A stretch of DNA of 27,841 nucleotides, taken from the IMG/VR virus record IMGVR_UViG_3300003322_000362. One strand, 5' to 3'. Source of the stretch: an uncultured virus (IMG/VR IMGVR_UViG_3300003322_000362) (taxonomy: Duplodnaviria; Heunggongvirae; Uroviricota; Caudoviricetes; Crassvirales). Of this stretch, positions 9,309-17,360 are shown piece by piece. The position numbers were made by a program, and so were the translations under genes. Every line of letters begins with the position of its first letter. Position 1 is the stretch's first letter. The notes below the pieces were generated by a model. That model was not told where the DNA came from, did not search any database, and was given only the letters and a program-made list of their open reading frames with translations.

Positions 9309-9341
9309 CGAAGATAGCAAATTTGAACATATCATGTCAAG
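9309..9341 (-). promoter_or_regulatory. Bacteroidota sigma-A type promoter
   Basis: Minus strand CTTG-N21-TATCTTCG vs consensus TTTG-N19-21-TAnnTTTG, in a 124-bp intergenic gap. Confidence 0.7.
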
Positions 9342-9368
9342 CTTTCTTCGATTTATTTTTAGAAAATT

Positions 9369-10070
9369 TTACCCTTTATTATATTCATCGATTAGCTTAA
9401 CAACCTGGGCAAGATCATTAGGCATTTTATAAGGTAAGCAACCCTTAGGAGATTTTGCCGATGTAAAACCATCGGTTTGAGTTATGAAGAAATAGTCTGA
9501 TGAATCTTTTCCTACAACTTTTTCTACATGAGTAAAGAAAACATAAGTAAACATACCTTCTAATGTGATCTTATCATCTAAAAGATTTCCTATTGTTTTG
9601 ATCTTTCTCCTTTGTAAAGCTCCTTCTTTTACTATTTCATCGTGAGTTAATACTATTACTTTGAGACTTTCTCTTAAATTTCTAGCAGTATTAAGTACAT
9701 CATACATATGTCTAGCAAGCTCTGTGAACTTATCCCATCCTTTCTCATATGCTCTATTCATAAATTCATGAGACATAATATATTGCATATCATCTAATAT
9801 GATGATTTTAATATGCAACATATTAGTACTTATGTAATTTAATAAATCACATATTTTAGAAGTATTATCTGTAGTATAATAATTACCTTTTAAACCTTCT
9901 GGAGATTCTGAATTGAATGGTTTATATTTATTTTTATAACCTTTAAAAGGAAGAGGTTTATTAGCTACATTTATAAGAAATGTTTCTGCTGGATTAAGAT
10001 TCTCCATACTAGTAGATTTACCTGTACCAGTTTGACCAGCTACTGCAATTAATTCTGATTTATAACTCAT
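9369..10070 (-). CDS. AAA ATPase, Sak4-like single-strand annealing protein (AAA_24)
   Basis: GQTGTGKST Walker A, IILDD Walker B, KPLPFKG, KTIGNLLD, EGMFT, AKSP.G. Confidence 0.85.
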   Translation of the reverse strand: MSYKSELIAVAGQTGTGKSTSMENLNPAETFLINVANKPLPFKGYKNKYKPFNSESPEGLKGNYYTTDNTSKICDLLNYISTNMLHIKIIILDDMQYIMSHEFMNRAYEKGWDKFTELARHMYDVLNTARNLRESLKVIVLTHDEIVKEGALQRRKIKTIGNLLDDKITLEGMFTYVFFTHVEKVVGKDSSDYFFITQTDGFTSAKSPKGCLPYKMPNDLAQVVKLIDEYNKG

Positions 10071-10288
10071 TCTTTTATTAGTTTAAATTTATAAATTGAA
10101 TTATGTGTTCTAAATGTATTTGTTGATAAGATTTCTTGTACTGTAGAAGTATGCCAAGTACCAATATCATAAGCTTCTCCTACTATAGGATAAGCATAAA
10201 ATTCTCCTTTTAATACTTCTCCTATTGGTATATTACCAGGACGTAAAGGATTATTTGATTCTTCTAATTTTGTTAACTCTATTTTCAT
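10067..10288 (-). CDS. hypothetical phage protein
   Basis: Likely start MKIELTK (ATG at 10288, avoiding overlap with the helicase); C-terminal TSTVQEI...F.T.NS.Y. Confidence 0.7.
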   Translation of the reverse strand: MKIELTKLEESNNPLRPGNIPIGEVLKGEFYAYPIVGEAYDIGTWHTSTVQEILSTNTFRTHNSIYKFKLIKE

Positions 10289-10289
10289 T

Positions 10290-11348
10290 TTATTTCCATG
10301 GTGTATAATTTCTACCTTTAATATAATCTTGTTCAAGAAAAGGTTCAGGAAATTCTCTAAAATGTCCTACTTCTCCTAACATATTTAAATGATGTTTAAT
10401 CATATCAGAACCATCTCTATTCTTTAATACTACAAGATTTCTATATCTTCCTCCAAGTTGTCTTACATTCATACCTGAATACTCAGAAAGATTATATCTA
10501 AGAGGATTAAATAAAGATAATACTATATCTGCATCTTCTTGAGTGTTTCCAGAATCTTTAAAATCTTCTAATTGTGGAGTTAATTCTTCAAACCTTCTTC
10601 TATCTAAATCACCAATTTCTCTATTAAATTGAGAAATAGCTAATTTAGAAACACCAAAAAAATTACGCATATGAATAGCATATTCTGAACCTTTATCAAT
10701 TCTTAGTTTTTTAGTTGTTAAATCTTTTTCTCCTCTTACTAAGCCAATATGATCTTCCACTATCCATATTATTTCATCAGGATTATTAGATATATATCTA
10801 GAAAATTCTATTTCATGACCTCTAACTAATTTCTTATATTTTTCTACTCTACCATTTAGCAATAAATATTTTTCAGTTTCTTTATAAATACCTGTAGGAT
10901 TAATAGGAACATCAAATATATGAATGTGTTCCATCATTTGCTCTATATAATCTCTTGCAGATACAATCATTCTATATTTATCATCTGATAGAATAGATTT
11001 CCTAGAAAATACTTCTTTAATATCCATTATTATACCATATCTTTCGAAAATATAATAACATATCCATTTTGCTATTTTCTTTACCTTAGATATTTCAAAT
11101 GAATAATAAAAGATTCTCAACTTTAGTCTACTATTAGGATTACGAATCATCTGATTATAAGGTTGTAAAACAAATGCTGAATCAGCAAATGCAGTTTTAC
11201 CTACACCTAAATTAGCTCCTAAGGCTACATATGTTGCTCTTCCTACTCCTCCTATGAGACTATCTAATTTAGGGCAGCCAGTTGAAAATCCAATATTATC
11301 ACCTTGTCTACCTCTATCTACTTCATATAAAAAATCATCAAATATCAT
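10290..11348 (-). CDS. DnaB-like replicative helicase (SF4), no N-terminal domain
   Basis: STG..KLD, GANLGVGKT, YYSFE, VEDHIGL, ISQFNR, DFKDSG..QEDAD, LKNRDG. Confidence 0.92.
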   Translation of the reverse strand: MIFDDFLYEVDRGRQGDNIGFSTGCPKLDSLIGGVGRATYVALGANLGVGKTAFADSAFVLQPYNQMIRNPNSRLKLRIFYYSFEISKVKKIAKWICYYIFERYGIIMDIKEVFSRKSILSDDKYRMIVSARDYIEQMMEHIHIFDVPINPTGIYKETEKYLLLNGRVEKYKKLVRGHEIEFSRYISNNPDEIIWIVEDHIGLVRGEKDLTTKKLRIDKGSEYAIHMRNFFGVSKLAISQFNREIGDLDRRRFEELTPQLEDFKDSGNTQEDADIVLSLFNPLRYNLSEYSGMNVRQLGGRYRNLVVLKNRDGSDMIKHHLNMLGEVGHFREFPEPFLEQDYIKGRNYTPWK

Positions 11349-11908
11349 AATACTGTAAAAGCATCTTGTTTTGGTCCCCTATTTACCTCTTCTTCGAAAA
11401 GGTTCCAATGTCTATTCAATATATATTTCTCTATTCCTGTTTGTGGCTCTCTTCCTTTAAAATATTTTTCTGTAATATTTATTACTCTATTATGTACTAA
11501 TCTATTGCCTTTAGTATATTTAAAATACTCTTTAGCTAATTTATATGGATCTCCAGTAGTGGTAGCCACTTTTTTACCATTAATAGTAATCCATTTAGGA
11601 TAAACTGCAACTAATTCTTCATAGCCATCATCTTCATCGATAATAACTACTTTAGAGAATTTATCTGTAACTAGAAAATCACTAATATTAAAAGTTCTTC
11701 GATTATCTTTAACAATTCCAAAATCTTCAATCCATCCTGTATCTATTAGATACTCTATATCTACTACATTGAAATTATTAAATTTCTCTTTATATTTGGC
11801 TATATTATTTGTATCCTTAGTATGTACAAGCCAAAGTATTAAGAACTGATGTTCATTGAGTGAGTTTCTAGTTAAGAATTCTACATATTTATCAATATCA
11901 CTAATCAT
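11345..11908 (-). CDS. putative replication initiator/helicase-associated protein
   Basis: Winged-helix-like N-terminus, 'YEELVAVYP' motif; coupled to the helicase by ATGA; function inferred. Confidence 0.5.
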   Translation of the reverse strand: MISDIDKYVEFLTRNSLNEHQFLILWLVHTKDTNNIAKYKEKFNNFNVVDIEYLIDTGWIEDFGIVKDNRRTFNISDFLVTDKFSKVVIIDEDDGYEELVAVYPKWITINGKKVATTTGDPYKLAKEYFKYTKGNRLVHNRVINITEKYFKGREPQTGIEKYILNRHWNLFEEEVNRGPKQDAFTVL

Positions 11909-12348
11909 TTTGATTTATGAATATTTTCTATTCTATTATTAGCAGAAATAATCACACTAGCAGTATCATCAATTAAATCAGCTACTAAAATACTTCTTAT
12001 ACTAATATGATTTTTAAGTGCTTCTTCTAATTTAATAAGTTTTGTTTCTAATATTTCAGTACTAGTCATTGCTACAGTCATTTGCTCTGACTTAACTTCA
12101 TCTTTTGGAGAATCTAAAAACTTATGTAAAGCATTTTCTACTTCTTTTTTAACTATTAAATCTACTTCTTCTTTAGTAAATAATTTTTCTTGTATTTTCT
12201 TTTGTACTTTCTTCTTTCTTGTTGCCATATTAGTAAAATTAAATGTTTCTACTTTTAAAATATTTTTATACTGTTTTCTATCTTTATCCAATATCTCTTT
12301 AGTAACTGAAAATTTAGGAAGTATTGTTAAAATATTTTTATTTTTCAT
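11905..12348 (-). CDS. hypothetical protein
   Basis: 147-aa ORF, coupled on both sides. Confidence 0.7.
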   Translation of the reverse strand: MKNKNILTILPKFSVTKEILDKDRKQYKNILKVETFNFTNMATRKKKVQKKIQEKLFTKEEVDLIVKKEVENALHKFLDSPKDEVKSEQMTVAMTSTEILETKLIKLEEALKNHISIRSILVADLIDDTASVIISANNRIENIHKSK

Positions 12349-12563
12349 TATCCTATTTTTTCATATTTATGATTAGGTTTTATTTTCTTACTAAATGTAC
12401 TACCTATAGAAGTAGATTCTAATAATTCTCTCCACTCTTCTGTAGTTACATTATAATATTCATATTTTGAATCGTTATTAAAAGTAACTGTAAGTATATT
12501 TGTTTCATCATCATACTCAATCTTATTGAGCATTTTACTATTTGGTTTTATTGCTGTTATCAT
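12348..12563 (-). CDS. KTSC domain protein
   Basis: SKML..IEYD.....L.V.F.....Y.YYNV......L..S.SIG..F...IK. Confidence 0.9.
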   Translation of the reverse strand: MITAIKPNSKMLNKIEYDDETNILTVTFNNDSKYEYYNVTTEEWRELLESTSIGSTFSKKIKPNHKYEKIG

Positions 12564-12778
12564 ATTAATTCAAAATCTTCTGGATATTCAATAATTCCTT
12601 GTTCTTCATGTAATAATTCTTGTTCTAATTCTGTAAGTGCATCTTCAATTTTATCTAAACTTGCTTCATATTTAAATCTCAATTTTAATTGATGTTGATA
12701 ATCATAAAGACTAGTTATAAACGTATAACCTTTATCTCTCATTATTGCTGAAAGATGTACTTTTAATTGATAATTCAT
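12560..12778 (-). CDS. hypothetical protein
   Basis: 72-aa ORF, ATGA coupled. Confidence 0.7.
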   Translation of the reverse strand: MNYQLKVHLSAIMRDKGYTFITSLYDYQHQLKLRFKYEASLDKIEDALTELEQELLHEEQGIIEYPEDFELI

Positions 12779-13176
12779 TTTATATTAGGAATTAGTTTAA
12801 GCATACCATTCATTACTAACTGACCAAAAACTTTAATAAATCTTTCTCTAAGTTTTTTCTTAATAATAAGTTTCCATTCAATAGTATTATTATCATAATG
12901 ATAACGAAGACTACTATAATCAACTCCTGGATTTATTAATTGAGTATCTATAGAAATAGTTTTAGGAAAATATTTATCACCATAACATTCAATATATATT
13001 TCAACTAAAGTATCCCAATTAATGCTCTTCTTAGTTCTTAATTTTGGAGTTAATATAACATTTAATATTCTATTTTGAAGTTGAGTATTAACAATATTAC
13101 CTCCTCTTCCTCCAAGATTTACTTCAATAAGATTGTTAAATTTTATCTTATCTATTTTTACTAATTGATTCTTCAT
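12775..13176 (-). CDS. hypothetical protein
   Basis: 133-aa ORF, ATGA coupled. Confidence 0.7.
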   Translation of the reverse strand: MKNQLVKIDKIKFNNLIEVNLGGRGGNIVNTQLQNRILNVILTPKLRTKKSINWDTLVEIYIECYGDKYFPKTISIDTQLINPGVDYSSLRYHYDNNTIEWKLIIKKKLRERFIKVFGQLVMNGMLKLIPNIK

Positions 13177-13307
13177 TTAGTTTTAATTTCTATCGGCTTT
13201 TTATTTAAAAAGAATCTTCTACCTATCCATATAATAACTTGCTTTAAAGCTTTATTATATGTAACACCAATCTCAAATTTCCATAATCTAACTACAAATC
13301 TATTCAC
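13173..13307 (-). CDS. hypothetical 44-aa protein (not in ORF track)
   Basis: GTG start overlaps the upstream TGA and its TGA overlaps the downstream ATG; MNRFVVRLWKFEIGVTYNKALKQVIIWIGRRFFLNKKPIEIKTK*. Confidence 0.65.
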   Translation of the reverse strand: MNRFVVRLWKFEIGVTYNKALKQVIIWIGRRFFLNKKPIEIKTK

Positions 13308-13618
13308 CATCTTGGTATTTTAGTCATTGTTCTATAAGTTTCCCAAATAGTACGTTTAAATTGATATAATTGTTGTGGATCTTTTAAAGTATATATAAAA
13401 GATTTATTTAATATAAATTTACTAATTGCTCTTTTTAACGATATTTTTCTACCAATATCTCTATTAAAATGATCACCATTATGTAAATTTGCCCATCCTG
13501 CACTAACACTATATTCTTTATTTTCTCTTACTTCATTTATAGTACAATGAGTACCTATTTGAATTTTATCATAGGTCCATCTAACTCTAAATTCTCTATT
13601 ATTAAATTTTACAATCAT
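13304..13618 (-). CDS. hypothetical phage protein
   Basis: T.C.I...G.A..H..D.FNR..GRK.SL.RA pattern typical of small phage proteins. Confidence 0.75.
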   Translation of the reverse strand: MIVKFNNREFRVRWTYDKIQIGTHCTINEVRENKEYSVSAGWANLHNGDHFNRDIGRKISLKRAISKFILNKSFIYTLKDPQQLYQFKRTIWETYRTMTKIPRW

Positions 13619-15111
13619 AAAATTTCATTTATTGAATCGATCCATCGAATATTTGTTTCACCTTTTTGACGTTTCTTTAACCAAGTTTCATCTTGTGTAC
13701 CTTTAATATATAGATTAATAATTCTTGCAGTTTTACCTTCTACATATCTTACAATTCTACCACTTCTTTGTATACTCTGACGTTGTTTAGAAGTAGCAGA
13801 TGCGATAATACCAAGTTCAATACCAGGAACATCAAAACCTTCATCAAGTGCTTTAGCTGTACAAATAGTTTTTATTTGCCCATCTCGAAATAGATTAATA
13901 ATTTGTTTCTTAATTCTGGAAACACCAACTTTTACTGGAGCTTTATAGTGAATTTTATAAGTTTTCTCTATTTCATCCCAATAATAAGTATATGCCTTAA
14001 ATTTAGCCACAAGAACTTTTGCTGCTTTAAGTGTTTTACGAGATTCCACTCTTTCTTCGAGAAGGGATTGACCAACTAAATTAGAATGATATGCTCTTGC
14101 ACTATCTCCAAGTCTTATTGCTAAAGCATCTGCAAAATCAGTATTTTCTGAAAATGTAATAGATGGTAAATTGAATTTTTCTATAATTTGTGCTGCAACT
14201 TCAACTTTATCTGTATTTTTATAGAGAAAATTCTTTCTCTCTATCATAGCCCAATTCCATTGTTGTGCATACTTAGATATATTGTTAGGACTCCAAGGAT
14301 GATCATTTTCACCATTCCAATTCATCTTTTCAGCATACCATGTTCTCCATTCTTTACCTGTTTTAGTTTCATTACCAATTTTACAAATAACTCCATTACC
14401 CGCTGTACAAGCTCTAAGAAGTTCCCAATTTCTATCATAATCAACAAAATGCTGAAATTTAGCAAAATTATTGTTATGAATATCATTTAATCTCTTATAA
14501 GCATCCATTTGACTAGAATCTAAAGATATACCTAAATTATATACAGTATAATTAGATATATAATTATTTCTTCTTGCTTCACTCATTGTAACTCTATCAA
14601 TAATAGGAAGACCCATATCTTCAAGAGTTTTTTCTTCTTGCTCTTCAAGTGTAGCAGATAATCCTAGAAAACAAGTAAAATCAGTACAAGTAATAGTTTG
14701 ATTAAATACCTCTGCATCTTTTCCAAGATAATTATGAACTTCATCTCCTATTAATAGGAAAGCCTTATGTCTTTGTTTAGTTCTTAAATAATATTCTACA
14801 TAAGAATTAACTACCCATACTTCTACATTTTTAAGATTAAAATCCTTAATATGTTGTATCCAGGCTTGATGTAAATCAAGACCTGGAACTACAACAATTA
14901 TATTACTATTTGGAAACTTTAGATTTAGTCTGTAAATAGTTATTAAAGCTATATAAGTTTTACCAAATCCTGTAACTGCAAGAACTGTACCTTTACAATT
15001 TTTATCAAACCATGTTTTAATAATAGAAAGTTGTCTCTTTAGTTTTTCTATATTTGGTTCAATATCAAAGCTTCTAAACCAAGTTGTTATTAAATCTAAA
15101 TATTGATCCAT
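13615..15111 (-). CDS. superfamily 2 helicase (DEAH/XPB/UvsW-like)
   Basis: AVTGFGKT, VVVP, GDEVH, LGLSAT, LDEGFDVP, QRSGRIVR. Confidence 0.92.
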   Translation of the reverse strand: MDQYLDLITTWFRSFDIEPNIEKLKRQLSIIKTWFDKNCKGTVLAVTGFGKTYIALITIYRLNLKFPNSNIIVVVPGLDLHQAWIQHIKDFNLKNVEVWVVNSYVEYYLRTKQRHKAFLLIGDEVHNYLGKDAEVFNQTITCTDFTCFLGLSATLEEQEEKTLEDMGLPIIDRVTMSEARRNNYISNYTVYNLGISLDSSQMDAYKRLNDIHNNNFAKFQHFVDYDRNWELLRACTAGNGVICKIGNETKTGKEWRTWYAEKMNWNGENDHPWSPNNISKYAQQWNWAMIERKNFLYKNTDKVEVAAQIIEKFNLPSITFSENTDFADALAIRLGDSARAYHSNLVGQSLLEERVESRKTLKAAKVLVAKFKAYTYYWDEIEKTYKIHYKAPVKVGVSRIKKQIINLFRDGQIKTICTAKALDEGFDVPGIELGIIASATSKQRQSIQRSGRIVRYVEGKTARIINLYIKGTQDETWLKKRQKGETNIRWIDSINEIL

Positions 15112-15317
15112 TAGTTAAATACTCTTTTTAAAAGTTTACGTTTACCATTATCAAATTCAACCCATACTGAACCTCTCCATAAATTTATACACATAGCTTG
15201 AGTAAAACTATTATATACATTTCTAAATCTTTTATTACTTCTGTATAATACACCAGTTACAATAAATGATTTAATTTGAGTTATAGGTATATTTAATTCT
15301 CTTATATTTTTACTCAT
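15111..15317 (-). CDS. hypothetical protein
   Basis: 68-aa ORF, INLWRGSVW motif; operon-packed. Confidence 0.7.
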   Translation of the reverse strand: MSKNIRELNIPITQIKSFIVTGVLYRSNKRFRNVYNSFTQAMCINLWRGSVWVEFDNGKRKLLKRVFN

Positions 15318-16542
15318 CAGTAGGACGTATATGTTCTATTATTAAACATTTAGTATCTTTTGATCTTACATGAGCTTGAATAGGAAGTCCATCTTTTGAT
15401 CTTTCTTGGAAACGAACTGTAGCTTTTCTTCCTTTAAACTTATGAATATTATTAGCCCAATTAACCTTCATATTAATTGAACCTGTAGGTCTTGCTTTAA
15501 AAGTTAAATCATTAGTATTATTCTTTAAAATAAATACAAATGATTCTCCTACATTATTTTCATCTGCTTCATGTCCTATAATTTCAAATTCTTCATCAAG
15601 AAATTCTTTAACCTTAAGAAGATTTCTAGTTCTTTCGTTGAATTTATATTCTCCTTGCATTTCTCGAAGAATAGCACCTTCATAACCATTATTAATATAA
15701 ATATCATGATATTCTTTTACTTCTTCTTTATTATTAACGGTGTTAGTAGATACAAATTTAATACTTCTATAAGAATTTATTCCTAAAGCATGTAAAATTT
15801 GCATCCTATCTTTTTGTGTATCTTTTAAATTAGAAATATCTATAATGTCATAGATATGATATTGTAACCAATCATTAGAATTAATAAAACCAGTTTCTAT
15901 CTTTCTAGCTGCTCCTGATATATCTTGAAGTGGAACGTTATGAACATATACTTCTCCATCAAAAAGAATATTTTCTTTCTTAATAGTACCATTACTAATT
16001 TCTTCTATCTTAATAAATAGTTCTGAAAGCTCATTCTGAATAATTGGAATACTATAATATTTACCACCTCTACTACATAAAAGAACTCCTTGATTAGTAA
16101 TTTTAGAAAGACATCGAACTCCATTTAATTTTGGTTGAATAAAATAAGGAAAATTAGGATTCTTAATATCTTTCCATTTATGAGCAAGTTGAGGTAAATA
16201 ATCCCAATTTCTATTAGTTTGTGAGGCTTTAGGAGTAGCTAATAGAATCATTCTAATAGTTTTTTCTGACTCATCTACTTCAAAATCACTATTTAATAAA
16301 ATTTTAGCAGATTTATATCCTTCATCCCATTTCTCATTCCATAATGAAGTAGCTTCATTAAAAGCTTGTTGTGTAGCAGTATTTCCTCCTTTACCTTGAG
16401 AAATATAATCTGTTTTTACTATTAATTTACCACCTAATGTTCCAGTTCTAGTAATAATTGTATTTGTATCAGTTAATTCACATTCAAATACTCTTACTTT
16501 ACCTTTAGTATCTAAAGTATATAAATTATCCCACTTTTTCAT
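15310..16542 (-). CDS. ATP-dependent DNA ligase
   Basis: QPKLNGVR (motif I), SR.GK, FDGEVY, YHIYD, GYEGAILR, LLKVK, C-terminal OB fold. Confidence 0.93.
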   Translation of the reverse strand: MKKWDNLYTLDTKGKVRVFECELTDTNTIITRTGTLGGKLIVKTDYISQGKGGNTATQQAFNEATSLWNEKWDEGYKSAKILLNSDFEVDESEKTIRMILLATPKASQTNRNWDYLPQLAHKWKDIKNPNFPYFIQPKLNGVRCLSKITNQGVLLCSRGGKYYSIPIIQNELSELFIKIEEISNGTIKKENILFDGEVYVHNVPLQDISGAARKIETGFINSNDWLQYHIYDIIDISNLKDTQKDRMQILHALGINSYRSIKFVSTNTVNNKEEVKEYHDIYINNGYEGAILREMQGEYKFNERTRNLLKVKEFLDEEFEIIGHEADENNVGESFVFILKNNTNDLTFKARPTGSINMKVNWANNIHKFKGRKATVRFQERSKDGLPIQAHVRSKDTKCLIIEHIRPTDE

Positions 16543-16847
16543 TATTGTAAATCATTAAAATTTATTTGTTTGCCAGGAATATACTCTCTTACTTCTTCTT
16601 GTATTTTACTTCTATATGCAGGATCAGTATGAGGAAGAGATATTGTTTTACTTTCTTTTATTTTAATAGCTTGTCCTTCTTTATAATAGTCTCCTACTAT
16701 TTCTTCACAAAGTTCACATTTATCAAAATGTAATCCTTGTAACACACAATGTTGAGTTGGTGGAGCACCATTACATTGATTACATTGAGCTATTCTTTTT
16801 GCTCTAGCTTCTTTTCCAGGAAGACTATTTATTGCTTTTCTTGCCAT
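16542..16847 (-). CDS. hypothetical protein with CxxC...CxxC zinc-finger-like motif
   Basis: CNQC and CELC. Confidence 0.65.
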   Translation of the reverse strand: MARKAINSLPGKEARAKRIAQCNQCNGAPPTQHCVLQGLHFDKCELCEEIVGDYYKEGQAIKIKESKTISLPHTDPAYRSKIQEEVREYIPGKQINFNDLQ

Positions 16848-16848
16848 A

Positions 16849-17142
16849 TTATTCTTTTAATTTTATTAATGAAAATCTAATACCATCTTTACTCTCTAAT
16901 AAATAAGTACCACATTCACTTTGATCTATTCTTCTTGTAGAACATTCTCTCTTATAATTAATATGACTACCTTTTTCTTGTAAAGAACAAGCTTTTATCT
17001 GTAATCCATTAACTCCGTATAATAATTGAATATCTTCTGTATCTATTAATTCTATTGCTGCTTTAGTAAATCTTAATTTAGTAAATGTGTAATTTGATCC
17101 TGTATCTAATATTAATTTAACTAATGGTAATTCTTGATTCAT
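16849..17142 (-). CDS. hypothetical protein
   Basis: 97-aa ORF, operon-packed. Confidence 0.7.
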   Translation of the reverse strand: MNQELPLVKLILDTGSNYTFTKLRFTKAAIELIDTEDIQLLYGVNGLQIKACSLQEKGSHINYKRECSTRRIDQSECGTYLLESKDGIRFSLIKLKE

Positions 17143-17144
17143 TA

Positions 17145-17345
17145 TTATTTAATTTGATAGTATTCTCTAATTATATTTAAAGCTTCATAATAAGAAGAAG
17201 AATTCATAATTTTATTAGTCATTTCTTCTGCTTGCTTTGATAAATTAGCTTTTTTAAGAGCTTTAGATGCAATTCCCATTAAATTAAAAATATTACTATC
17301 TTGACCAATAAGTTTTACTATTGGTTTCTTTGTATTTATATTCAT
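17145..17345 (-). CDS. small conserved hypothetical protein
   Basis: KP.VKLIGQD.NIFNLMG.A.KAL...SY.EAL.II..Y, a recurrent motif in phage and mobile-element proteins. Confidence 0.75.
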   Translation of the reverse strand: MNINTKKPIVKLIGQDSNIFNLMGIASKALKKANLSKQAEEMTNKIMNSSSYYEALNIIREYYQIK

Positions 17346-17360
17346 AACTTTAAATTATAA

